Shown here piece after piece: positions 21,113-30,684 of a DNA stretch of 64,000 nucleotides. This DNA comes from Parcubacteria group bacterium (GTDB lineage: Bacteria > Patescibacteriota > Minisyncoccia > Phycocordibacterales > CALRHW01), in the NCBI GenBank assembly GCA_039740835.1, contig JBCLGW010000001.1:27640-91639 (forward strand). Direction: 5' to 3'. The notes beneath the pieces were generated by a model, which was not told the DNA's origin, ran no database searches, and worked only from the letters and a program-made list of their open reading frames with translations. Every line of letters starts with the position of its first letter. Position 1 is the stretch's first letter. A program made the translations under genes and the position numbers.

Positions 21113-21367
21113 ATGGAAAATATTTCATCTTTTTTAGAAAAATTTAAGAAATTTCTATCCTCTAGTGTTTCAGTAAAACAATCTGTCGTGGAGGTTTTAA
21201 AAGATGTTTTAGGTGTTGATGTTGATACTAAATCTATCAATATAAAAAATAGTTTTGTTTTTATAAAATGTTCCCCAGCGCTAAAAAACGCAATCTTTTT
21301 AAAAAAGAAATTAATTATTGATGGTATCAACCAAAAAACTAAAGCCAGTATCTCTGATATTCGCTAG
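21113..21367 (+). CDS. small protein, possibly DciA/DUF721-like
   Basis: Directly downstream of dnaN; IKNSFVFIKCSPALKNAIFLKK pattern. Confidence 0.5.
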   Translation: MENISSFLEKFKKFLSSSVSVKQSVVEVLKDVLGVDVDTKSINIKNSFVFIKCSPALKNAIFLKKKLIIDGINQKTKASISDIR

Positions 21368-23898
21368 GGTTGGTTGTTTATTGTAAAAATAGACCTCACC
21401 TCACCTCTATTAAAAATAGAGTCATAGAGCACCACTCGCATCTCGTTTTCACCGTTTTTTATGTATTCCAAATCTTTTGGAATAAAAGAGAAAGAAAAAG
21501 TAGACGACACACTACTTCCAACAAAGTTTTCATTTATATAATACTCAGCTTTTGTGATTGGGTAGTTTGCAGAATATTCAATAGAAGATGTTATTTTTTT
21601 ATCAGACTCGTAAACTTGATTGTTTTGTGGTTCTTCAATAAACACCACCGGTTTGTTTTCTGGTATGTGTACATCGTCGAATTCTGTTGGGATACTACTT
21701 TCATCTACTGGACGGATGTTGTTTTGTATAAGCCATTTTTGTACACCATACTCCCAACTTATAAATTGAGAATCATCCTCAGGTCTTAATGGTGGGTCTT
21801 CTCTCGGACTCTCTTTTTTAATCCAGTATAAAATATCGTGTGTCTCTCCAGTGACTATTTCAGATGTTGTCTCTATTGGTGTGTACTCTGTCGCAAGTTT
21901 TCCTGACACAGTGTCTATAAAATAACTTGTACCACCCTGCCATTTTCCACGAAGCACTGGTTTTAGATTAAAAGAATTTTCTACTTCTGGTTTTTTGAAA
22001 AATTCTTTAGGATAATTTTCCAGAGCTTTTTTCATCACCTGATTCCAAAATGGGGCGATGATATATCCAGCCACTTTTTTATTCATTGGAGTATTATTGT
22101 TGTTTCCAGCCCAAGCACCAATAACAAGACTTGGTGTATAGCCGATTATCCAAGCATCTTTATAGTTGTTGGTGGTACCGGTTTTTACAGCCACATCTCT
22201 GCCGGATATATAGAGTGGTGAATTAACTCCAAAAGTAGGCGCACGTGCATCGTTGTCTGATAGAATGTTTGAAATTTGTAGAGCAATATTTTCTGGTAAA
22301 ACATTTGTTGAGGTGTTTGTTGGTTTTTCTACTACAGTTTCGTTTTTTGTGCGGATCTCAAGTATTGGCTGGTATGGATATCGCATACCGTTGTTTGCAA
22401 AAACACCATAAGCGCTAGTCATATCAAGTAAAGAAACCTCTCCACCTCCCAAAACAAGCGTTAGGCCGTACTGACCGGCATTTGTGAGACTTTGTATACC
22501 CATATCTTTTGCTAGTCGTAGCACATCATTTATGCCCGCTAGATAGAGTGTTTTTACTGCGGGAATGTTTATGGATTGTCCCAAAGCATTTCTAATTGAT
22601 ATTGGTCCACGAAAACTACTGTCGTAATTTGTTGGAGAGTAGCACCCCTCATCACTTGTTTCGTTTTCTGGTGGGCAAGTGGTAGAAAACTGAGTTTTAA
22701 CATCAAAAAGCATTGTGTCTGGCGTATAACCTTTCATAAAAGCTGTTGCGTACGCAAAAGGTTTAAATGCAGACCCTGGCTGTCTTTTTGCTAGAGCGAC
22801 ATTGAAGTTACCGTCTATTTCTTTATCAAAATAATCACGAGAGCCAACCAAAGAAAGTATCTCTCCATTTTTTGGATCAATAGCTACCACCGCAATGTTT
22901 TCTGCTTGGTATTCTTTTGCGTTTTTTAGAGCAAAAATCTTTGCTTGCTTCTCCAACATTTCTTGGAGCTTGTAATCTAGGGTGGTTATTACTTTTAGAC
23001 CACCCTCTTCTAGTACTTGCGCGCCGTATTTTTTCTCAAGCAAGTCTTTTACAAACATTACAAAATGCGGGGCTTTTATGCCGAGACTTTGTTGGTCTTT
23101 AAAAATAACTTTTTCATCTTTTGCTTGGTTGTACTCAACTTCAGAAATATAATTGTTTTTTAACATTTCTTGCAAGACAAGATTTTTTCGGAAATCCAAA
23201 CCCTCGCGATTTTTGTACGGAGAATAAAAACTCGGGGCTTTTGGTAGAGCGGCTAGGTATGCCGACTCTGCGATAGTCACATCAGACGCGCGTTTACCAA
23301 AAAAGGCGTTGCTAGCTTCTTCTATACCATAAAGACTACCCCCATAAGGGATTTCATTTAAATACATTCCCAAAATTTCTTGTTTTGTAAGAATTTTTTC
23401 TAGTTTTATAGCCAACACCCACTCCTTTGCTTTTCTAGTGATACTTTTTTCTCTAGTGAGTAGTGAGTTTTTTACAACCTGCTGGGTGATAGTAGACCCG
23501 CCCTGACTAAACTTCCGGGTTTGGAGGTTTGCAAACGCCGCTCTGATAAGAGAAGACGGTTTTACTCCTTTATGGCTATAAAATTCTTTGTCTTCTATGG
23601 AGATTGTTGCATTTTTTATGTGTTTGGAAATACTATCAAATGGCACAACCGTTCTTTTTATGTTTTGATACACATCGTAGAGTAAAACCTCCCCAGTGCG
23701 GTCATATATTTTTGTAGATTGAGAAACCTTTCTTTCCTGAAATGAGTCTAGGGTGGGGAGTTGAAATGTTGAAATCCAAAAAATAAAACCAGAAACAAAC
23801 AAAAGGAATGCCCCAACGCTAAAAAGGAAGATGTTTTTTAAACCAGTTTTTCTCGACCATTTTTTAATAAATGAAATACGTTTTTTCATAATGTCCAT
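21364..23898 (-). CDS. class A penicillin-binding protein (PBP1A family)
   Basis: EDKEFYSH, GGSTITQQVVKN, RQPGSAFKP, KTGT. Confidence 0.93.
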   Translation of the reverse strand: MDIMKKRISFIKKWSRKTGLKNIFLFSVGAFLLFVSGFIFWISTFQLPTLDSFQERKVSQSTKIYDRTGEVLLYDVYQNIKRTVVPFDSISKHIKNATISIEDKEFYSHKGVKPSSLIRAAFANLQTRKFSQGGSTITQQVVKNSLLTREKSITRKAKEWVLAIKLEKILTKQEILGMYLNEIPYGGSLYGIEEASNAFFGKRASDVTIAESAYLAALPKAPSFYSPYKNREGLDFRKNLVLQEMLKNNYISEVEYNQAKDEKVIFKDQQSLGIKAPHFVMFVKDLLEKKYGAQVLEEGGLKVITTLDYKLQEMLEKQAKIFALKNAKEYQAENIAVVAIDPKNGEILSLVGSRDYFDKEIDGNFNVALAKRQPGSAFKPFAYATAFMKGYTPDTMLFDVKTQFSTTCPPENETSDEGCYSPTNYDSSFRGPISIRNALGQSINIPAVKTLYLAGINDVLRLAKDMGIQSLTNAGQYGLTLVLGGGEVSLLDMTSAYGVFANNGMRYPYQPILEIRTKNETVVEKPTNTSTNVLPENIALQISNILSDNDARAPTFGVNSPLYISGRDVAVKTGTTNNYKDAWIIGYTPSLVIGAWAGNNNNTPMNKKVAGYIIAPFWNQVMKKALENYPKEFFKKPEVENSFNLKPVLRGKWQGGTSYFIDTVSGKLATEYTPIETTSEIVTGETHDILYWIKKESPREDPPLRPEDDSQFISWEYGVQKWLIQNNIRPVDESSIPTEFDDVHIPENKPVVFIEEPQNNQVYESDKKITSSIEYSANYPITKAEYYINENFVGSSVSSTFSFSFIPKDLEYIKNGENEMRVVLYDSIFNRGEVRSIFTINNQP

Positions 23899-23965
23899 TT
23901 TATCATATTGGGGGCTACATTATATGAATACCAAAAACAATGCAAATATGATACATTTACGGAAT

Positions 23966-25187
23966 ATGAAGAACCCGTTTAAGAAATCTTTTGTGAGTGT
24001 GGATAAGGATAAAATCAACGAAATTCTCAATCGTGGCGTTGAAGATGTTTTTGTAAAAGAGAGCTTGGAAAACAAGCTTCTTTCTGGGAGGTCACTGCGA
24101 GTAAAACTCGGCTTTGATCCTACTGGAGAAAATATTCACATAGGTAGAGCAGTAGCGCTCCGCAAACTCCGCGCTTTCCAAGACCTCGGGCACACCATTG
24201 TATTTATTGCCGGTGATTTTACCGCACAAATAGGAGACCCCTCAGACAAGCTAGCCAAACGCCCAATGATTTCAAAAGAAGTTATCAAAAAAAATCTCAC
24301 CCACTACAAAACACAGATCGGCAAAATAATAGATTTGAAAAAAGCTGAGTTTCATTACAACAGCAAGTGGCTTTCAAAACTCAACTTTCAAGAAATATCA
24401 GAGCTTGCTGAAAGTTTTTCTGTCCAGCAAATGTCGGCGCGACGCAATTTTAAAGACCGGTTTGAGGGGGGGGGAGGAAGTGTCTTTGCGAGAGTTTTTG
24501 TACCCACTGATGCAGGGCTACGACTCTGTGATGGTAAAAGCCGATGTTGAGATTGGTGGTTTTGATCAGCTTTTCAATCTAAAAGCTGGGCGCATCATTC
24601 AAAAACATTTTAAAATGCCTGAGCAAGACGTACTCACTACGCAAATGCTCGAAGGCACCGACGGCAGAAAAATGTCTACTAGCTGGGGTAATGTGATAAA
24701 TATTGTTGATGAACCAAATGATATGTTTGGGAAAATTATGTCTATCAGAGACAACCTTATTTCAAAATATTTTTTGCTTTGTACAAATAAGCCAGAAGCA
24801 GAAATAAATGCATTAGAGAAAGCTTTTGAAATGGGCTCAAATCCTCGTGATGCAAAAATGAAACTCGCTGTAGCGATAGTATCTTCTTACTACGGAGAAA
24901 AAACGGCACTCAAAGCAAGGCAATCTTTTGTAGATACTTTTCAAAAAGGAGCTGTGCCCGAGGACGTGCTTACTATAAGTCTTGCACCAAACGCCGTGCT
25001 TGTCGACGCGCTTTTATCAAACGGTATTGTAAAATCAAAATCAGATTTTCGCCGTCTTATAGAAGATGGTGCTGTGCAAAATATGGATGATGGTACAAAG
25101 ATTTCTGACCCACTCTTTGTTGTTTGGAAGGACGCAGTGATAAAGGTGGGCAAGCGTCGGTTTATAAAAATTAAAATAGAGTCATAA
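23966..25187 (+). CDS. tyrS: tyrosine--tRNA ligase, split by a frameshift in the G9 run at 24466-24474
   Basis: GFDPT/HIGR in first frame; YPLMQGYD, KMSTS and S4-like tail in second frame. Confidence 0.9.
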
Positions 25188-25218
25188 ACAAAAAAGGACC
25201 CGAGGGTCCTTTTTTGTT
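25187..25218. terminator. bidirectional intrinsic terminator
   Basis: aacaaaaaaggacc-cgag-ggtccttttttgtt. Confidence 0.85.
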
Positions 25219-25360
25219 ACGCTGAGTCGCTGTCACTACTGCTGTCACTATCTGAATCATCCTCCTCCTCTTCTTCATCCTCTTCGCTATCTGGTGAGCT
25301 TGGACTTACTTCAGTAGTTTCTTTATCATCTGCAGACACATTTGCATCATCATTGTCCAT
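25217..25360 (-). CDS. 47-aa highly acidic peptide (not in ORF track)
   Basis: MDNDDANVSADDKETTEVSPSSPDSEEDEEEEEDDSDSDSSSDSDSA; stop codon abuts terminator. Confidence 0.6.
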   Translation of the reverse strand: MDNDDANVSADDKETTEVSPSSPDSEEDEEEEEDDSDSDSSSDSDSA

Positions 25361-25487
25361 GTTTGCTTTAAATTATTTTTATTAATTTTTCCACAAAATC
25401 GCTCTTGGCTAATTGTGGATACCTATTTTTAACAAATCTATATTTTTTTGCAAGAGGTTTATAGAAAGTTGGGGATAACTCATTTTT

Positions 25488-25988
25488 TTAGAGAGGGAAT
25501 CTTTTTGTTGCAGTGTGGGTTAATGCTATAGCAATAGCGTCAAATTCATCGTCTACTGTTTTTTTAATAGGCATTTTAATGAGTCTTTGTACCATTTTTG
25601 TCACCTGATCTTTGGTGCTTCTGCCGTATCCAGTAACCGCCACCTTTATTGTAACGGGTTTGTATTCGTAGACAGAAAGTCCAGCTAGGGCGGACTCTGC
25701 AAGTATTACTCCGCGGGCCTCAGCCACCTTTATTGCTGTTTTTTTGTTGTCACCAAAAAAAAGTTCTTCTATTGCTAGGTCGTTGGGTTTAAATTTTTCT
25801 ATAATTTTTTTTATTTCGGTCGCAATGAGCCCCAGTCGCTCCGCATGCTTTGATTTTGGAGATGTTTTAAAACAAGCGGAGTAGATGAGTGTTTCTTTTT
25901 CTCCACCTACCTTTTCAACAACAGCAATACCCACTCGCTCATAACCAGGATCTATGCCGAGCACGAGAATATTTTTTTTATTCTGCAT
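25488..25988 (-). CDS. ruvC: Holliday junction resolvase
   Basis: VLGIDPG, AIEELFF, AEARGV, DDEFDAIAIA. Confidence 0.95.
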   Translation of the reverse strand: MQNKKNILVLGIDPGYERVGIAVVEKVGGEKETLIYSACFKTSPKSKHAERLGLIATEIKKIIEKFKPNDLAIEELFFGDNKKTAIKVAEARGVILAESALAGLSVYEYKPVTIKVAVTGYGRSTKDQVTKMVQRLIKMPIKKTVDDEFDAIAIALTHTATKRFPL

Positions 25989-26505
25989 TTGTATAAATGT
26001 CTTGAACCTCATCGCTTTCTTCGAGTTCAGAAATTAGTGCCCCAAGCGTTTGAGAATCTTCTTCTGATATCGGTGTTGTTGTTTTTGGTACCCAACCACC
26101 AATGTTTTTTTCAAAAGCCCAAGTAGCCGAGCCCATACCAGCCAAAGCGAAACCGTGGTTTGAAAGTATGTGTTTTATTTCTTGTGCCGCTTTGTTGCGA
26201 TTGTCGGTAAGTGCTTCGATGACGAGCGCACAACCTCCCGGACCATAGCTTTCATAGGTAATAGATTCTAAATCTGCAGACAAAGTCGCCGCTTTTTTTA
26301 TTGCTCTTTCAATGTTGTCGCTCGGCATATTTTCTGCGCGAGCTTTTTCTATCGCAGATTTTAGTCCGGGCGTGTTTACATTTCCACCAGATTTTTTTGC
26401 TTCTTGAGTAATGAGTTTTGCATATTTTGCAAAAACTTTACTTTTTTGCCCGTCAGTTTTTGCTTTCTGTCTTTTGATTTGTGACCACTTATTATGTCCA
26501 GACAT
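25978..26505 (-). CDS. yebC: YebC/PmpR family protein, short form
   Basis: MSGHNKWSQIK, YESYGPGG, TDNRNK, DEVQDIYTN. Confidence 0.9.
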   Translation of the reverse strand: MSGHNKWSQIKRQKAKTDGQKSKVFAKYAKLITQEAKKSGGNVNTPGLKSAIEKARAENMPSDNIERAIKKAATLSADLESITYESYGPGGCALVIEALTDNRNKAAQEIKHILSNHGFALAGMGSATWAFEKNIGGWVPKTTTPISEEDSQTLGALISELEESDEVQDIYTNAE

Positions 26506-26516
26506 ATTTTTTTATT

Positions 26517-27557
26517 TTAAAGTAATTTTCCTGTTTTCCCGTCGCTTTTTACTGCGTTTATGTGAGCATGCCCAGCATCAGTGACGACTCTGCCACGAGG
26601 CGTGCGTTCTAAAAAGCCGATTTGTAGCAGGTAGGGCTCATTAAACTCTTCTATTGTCGCTTGTTCTTCGGACAGAGATGCGGCAAGGGTGTTTAGACCC
26701 ACAGGCCCACCTTTAAATTTTTTTACTACAGTTTGCAGAATAGTCCTGTCAGATGGTGTCAGTCCAACACCGTCTACACCGAGCAATAAAAGCGCTTTGT
26801 CCACCACATTTTTTGTTAGAGTTTTTCCGTGCACTTGAGCAAAGTCTCTACATCTTTTCAAAAAATAGTTGGCGGTACGCGGAGTAAATCTACTGCGCTT
26901 TGCTATCTCTGTGGTCGCCGAGCTTTCTATAACAATGCCTAAAATTTTTGCAGAGCGTCGTACGATTTCTTCTATTTCACTTTGACTATAGTACTCAAGT
27001 CGAAATATTCCGCCAGAAAAACGTGAACGAAGCGGAGAGGAAATGAGGGCAATACGAGTAGTCGCAGATATCATTGTAAAAAGCGGAAGCTCTAGCTGAA
27101 TAGTGCGCGCTGACGGACCTTTGCCGATGATTATATCTAAAACACCAGACTCCATTGCGGGGTAGAGTACTTCTTCTATTGTTTTATTGAGGCGATGAAT
27201 TTCGTCTATAAAAAGAATGTCGCCAGCAGAAAGATTGGTGAGGATGGAGGCAAGGTCGCCCACCTTTTCAATAGCTGGACCAGAAGTTATTTTTATCTGC
27301 GCGCCGATTTCTTTTGCGATGAGATGGGCGAGTGTTGTTTTACCAAGTCCGGGCGGTCCGTAAAAAAGAATGTGCTCTGGCGGATGATTTCTCTGTTTTG
27401 CCGCGGTTAAAAGTATGTGCAGATTATCTTTTATATTTTTTTGACCAATGTACTCGTTCCATTTTGATGGCCTGAGAGTTTGGTCTAGTGAAAGCAAGTC
27501 TTTTTCTGACTCCTCTACATCCGAAGCGTTGTTTTTTTGCTTATCTATCTTTGACAT
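26517..27557 (-). CDS. ruvB: Holliday junction helicase RuvB
   Basis: LRP, GPPGLGKTTLA, FIDEIHRL, RTPRGR. Confidence 0.96.
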   Translation of the reverse strand: MSKIDKQKNNASDVEESEKDLLSLDQTLRPSKWNEYIGQKNIKDNLHILLTAAKQRNHPPEHILFYGPPGLGKTTLAHLIAKEIGAQIKITSGPAIEKVGDLASILTNLSAGDILFIDEIHRLNKTIEEVLYPAMESGVLDIIIGKGPSARTIQLELPLFTMISATTRIALISSPLRSRFSGGIFRLEYYSQSEIEEIVRRSAKILGIVIESSATTEIAKRSRFTPRTANYFLKRCRDFAQVHGKTLTKNVVDKALLLLGVDGVGLTPSDRTILQTVVKKFKGGPVGLNTLAASLSEEQATIEEFNEPYLLQIGFLERTPRGRVVTDAGHAHINAVKSDGKTGKLL

Positions 27558-27597
27558 ATAGGTATTATATACAAAAATAGGGGACGCTCACACCCAC

Positions 27598-27626
27598 TTG
27601 ACAGCGGTGTTTTTATATGATAAACT
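27598..27626 (+). promoter_or_regulatory. sigma70 promoter with extended -10
   Basis: TTGACA-17 bp-TAAACT, TG at 27618. Confidence 0.75.
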
Positions 27627-27631
27627 TTTGG

Positions 27632-27916
27632 AGACCTTGATTTTTATTACGCAATGCGTAGTATATGTAGCTTCCGGCAATTTCTTGCTCATCCAAGATA
27701 TAAATCTCTAAGCAACGAAGCCTTTATGGCTTAGTAGTATCTATTTAGAGGACGTTCTGGTTATCACCTTGTGTGATTTGCTGGGGTTATCCTTTGATAA
27801 GTACTTAACTTTTGGTGCAATATTAAAAGTGTTGCTTAGAGATTTATGTCTTTGATCCTTCGCGGACCCAATCTCTCTTGTGTCAATTATTCACAATAAA
27901 AGCCGGCGTGCAATAT
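27632..27916 (+). ncRNA. candidate structured ncRNA of unknown family (6S-like possible)
   Basis: 22-bp stem 27695-27716/27831-27852, internal hairpins, G-U pairs favour + strand, no ORF in track. Confidence 0.6.
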
Positions 27917-27955
27917 TGTAAATTTTTTAAATTGTTTCTTAATGTAACAGAGTCT

Positions 27956-29632
27956 TTACATGTCTTCATCTAGGTCAAGAACACGCTTCAACTCTTCTAT
28001 AGACGTCATTCCTTGGAGAACCTTTAGGATTCCGTCTTGTTTCATATCAAGCATATGTTGCGGCTCGGCCGCTTTTTTTATTTCTCGTTCGCTTGGATTT
28101 TCTTGAACAATTTTTTCTATATTTGCATCTGTTTTTATCGCTTCATACACTCCAATGCGTCCTTTGTAGCCAGTAAAGTTACATTTCAAACACCCTTTTG
28201 CTTCCCACATTGTGTTTATATCTATGCCGTCTAGATATGTTTTGTCTACAATACCACCAGTAATTTTTACGACATATTTTTTTTCTTGCTCCGTTTGTTC
28301 TTTTTTTGTTTTGCAGTCATTACAAAGTTTACGAATGAGACGTTGTGCTATACAAATACTGAGAGCAGAAACTATCACTTTTGGATTTACACCAAGGTCT
28401 ATGAGGCGAGGGAAGGTACCAGCTGCATTATTGGTGTGTAGAGTAGAGAACACCAAATGACCTGTGAGCGCAGAGTTTATCGCGATTTCTGCTGTTTCAC
28501 TATCGCGGATTTCTCCCACCATTATGACGTCTGGATCTTGTCGCAGAGCGGAGCGCAGACCTTCTAGAAAAGTATAACCCTCATTAGTTTGTGTTTGCAC
28601 GATGCCTGGTAAATGATATTCAATAGGATTTTCAATAGTAATTATTTTTATTTCTGATGAATGAATTTTTTTCAGGAAAGCATAAAGAGTGGTGGTTTTT
28701 CCAGAGCCAGTCGGACCAGTGGTAAGTATCATTCCGTTTGGTTTTTGTAGCTCATGCTCTAGTACTTTTAGTAGTCGTGGGTGGATACCGAGCTCTTCTA
28801 GGGGCACAGATATGGCTTTTGGGTTGAGAACTCGAAGCACCAGAGAGTCGTTGTAAGCTCCGGGCAAAAGAGAAGTACGGATTTCTATTTCGTCGTCATT
28901 TATTTTTATACTAAAACGTCCGTCTTGTGCCTTTCCTTTTATATTTAGTTTTAAATTTGAAAGAAGCTTGAGGCGAGAAAGTAAAAGACGGTATGTTTCG
29001 TGGTCAAATTTCAAAATATCTGTCAGCACACCGTCGAGTCGATACCGTAAACGCACATAGCCCTCTTCTGGCTCTAGATGAAGATCAGAAGCTCTGTTGG
29101 CCAGTGCTCCAGCAAGCATTGTTTCAAGTAGGTGAGATATGCGATATGTTTTTTTTGAGGTCAGGACCTCCGCAAGTATTTTTTTTAACTCTTCTAGTGT
29201 TGAAACTTTTTCTAAAAGCTCAACGATACCATCACTTGAAATATCAAGTGCGCCACCCTTTGTTTCCATAGACATTGAAAGGTCTTTGTATCGCCCCCAA
29301 ACTTTTTTTAGACTTTCTGGTGAGACGAGGTAGAGGATTGGCGAGTAGCCTCTTTTTTCCAAGCTGGCGAGAGCGTCTTTTGTTTCTTGTGTTGAAGGAG
29401 AGAGGAGTCCGATGTGGATTTTTTTATCTACGATATTAAATATAGCTATTTGTGCTTTTAGGGCGTCTTCTTCTTTTATCACGCGCAAAGCATCTATGTT
29501 TATAGGTATGGTGGATAAATCAAGATATGGAATGCCATATTTTTTTGAAAGTGCTAGTGTCAGACCTTCTGCCTCTTTTCTTTTTAGCTCTTCTACGCGG
29601 GCGTTTTGTTTTTCTTCGTCAAATTGAACCAT
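27956..29632 (-). CDS. GspE/PilB family type IV pilus assembly ATPase
   Basis: ASDLHLEP, QDGRF, TGPTGSGKTTTLY, LRQDPDVIMVGEIRD, two CxxC. Confidence 0.92.
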   Translation of the reverse strand: MVQFDEEKQNARVEELKRKEAEGLTLALSKKYGIPYLDLSTIPINIDALRVIKEEDALKAQIAIFNIVDKKIHIGLLSPSTQETKDALASLEKRGYSPILYLVSPESLKKVWGRYKDLSMSMETKGGALDISSDGIVELLEKVSTLEELKKILAEVLTSKKTYRISHLLETMLAGALANRASDLHLEPEEGYVRLRYRLDGVLTDILKFDHETYRLLLSRLKLLSNLKLNIKGKAQDGRFSIKINDDEIEIRTSLLPGAYNDSLVLRVLNPKAISVPLEELGIHPRLLKVLEHELQKPNGMILTTGPTGSGKTTTLYAFLKKIHSSEIKIITIENPIEYHLPGIVQTQTNEGYTFLEGLRSALRQDPDVIMVGEIRDSETAEIAINSALTGHLVFSTLHTNNAAGTFPRLIDLGVNPKVIVSALSICIAQRLIRKLCNDCKTKKEQTEQEKKYVVKITGGIVDKTYLDGIDINTMWEAKGCLKCNFTGYKGRIGVYEAIKTDANIEKIVQENPSEREIKKAAEPQHMLDMKQDGILKVLQGMTSIEELKRVLDLDEDM

Positions 29633-29816
29633 AGATAGATTATATACTATCATTTATAGCTTTTTTCTGACAATTTTAGGGGTAAAAATGAGGTTGACTT
29701 TGCGTGCCCGTTGTGATACAGTGGTAGTGAACAGAACGGGTGAGGGAGTGTTTCCCAAAACCTTTACAGATAGTTCGGAAAACCTATTTTAGGGCCAAGT
29801 GCCCGAGGAGCCAGTC

Positions 29817-30110
29817 ATGACGGAGAAGAATAAGTTCTTTGTAAAGAAAGTGTTGTTTGCTGGTTTGTTGGTTCTTGTGGCGGTTTTTGTTTTTGCTAAT
29901 CTGGTGGGGTGCGGCCCAATGAGATTTTATGCTGTTTCAACGGAACAGTACTATCCGCCCGTCCACTACGAAGGTTGGGATACTCATACGAGTATCAACC
30001 TCCATGGTTACCCAGGTGGCGTTCATACCTCTACACACACTGTGTATAGAGAGACTCACCGCCATCATCAAAGCCGTTTTGGGGCCAAACCCGATCGACA
30101 CTGTCGTTGA
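29817..30110 (+). CDS. small His/Tyr-rich putative lipoprotein
   Basis: SD GAGGAG; hydrophobic stretch then LVGC lipobox; promoter TTGACT-17-TACAGT at 29694-29722. Confidence 0.55.
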   Translation: MTEKNKFFVKKVLFAGLLVLVAVFVFANLVGCGPMRFYAVSTEQYYPPVHYEGWDTHTSINLHGYPGGVHTSTHTVYRETHRHHQSRFGAKPDRHCR

Positions 30111-30179
30111 GACAACAACAAACCCCACCCAGCTCCAGACGGATACTGAGTGGACAAGACAGAGAGGAAAGACTCTCAT

Positions 30180-30214
30180 AATACGCCAACTCCTCGGAGC
30201 TGGCGTATTTTCTT
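30180..30214 (+). terminator. intrinsic terminator
   Basis: aatacgcca-actcctcggagc-tggcgtattttcttt. Confidence 0.7.
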
Positions 30215-30231
30215 TGTGTTAATATATCAAT

Positions 30232-30684
30232 ATGAAAACGACCAAAACCCTCGCCGAAACGCACACTCTTGCTGGTGATTTTATAAAAAAACTCATTGAA
30301 ATAGATACAAAAGGGTCGGTTGTTGTGGGTCTTTACGGCGACCTTGGTTCTGGCAAAACAGCTTTTGTGCAAGGTGTTGCAAAAGCATTCAACATTTCAG
30401 ATCAGGTTGCAAGCCCAACTTTTGTTTTAGAAAAAATATATAAACTAGACGAAAAAATTCAGACACGATTTACACACCTCATACATATAGACGCGTATCG
30501 TATGGACTCGCCAGAGGAGCTTGTGCATATCGGCTGGGAGGAGTTACTCAAAGATTCTGGTAATCTCATATGTATTGAATGGCCAGAAAAAGTCGCAACA
30601 GAGATGCCAGACAGACACATTCGCATCGTCTGTGGTTTTGTAGATGAAAGTACACACACTTTTGATATTCAAAAAAATGTCTAG
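30232..30684 (+). CDS. tsaE: t6A biosynthesis ATPase TsaE
   Basis: GDLGSGKT, SPTF, HIDAYR, IEWPE. Confidence 0.94.
   Translation: MKTTKTLAETHTLAGDFIKKLIEIDTKGSVVVGLYGDLGSGKTAFVQGVAKAFNISDQVASPTFVLEKIYKLDEKIQTRFTHLIHIDAYRMDSPEELVHIGWEELLKDSGNLICIEWPEKVATEMPDRHIRIVCGFVDESTHTFDIQKNV

Noticed and set aside
23831-25187. Two separate genes or a true tyrS pseudogene
   Set aside because: Both halves are intact and rejoin by removing one G; there is no other decay.
27745-27770. RNase P RNA (GAGGACGTTCTGG; also GAGGAAAG at ~30164)
   Set aside because: No matching 3' P4 strand and not enough downstream length.
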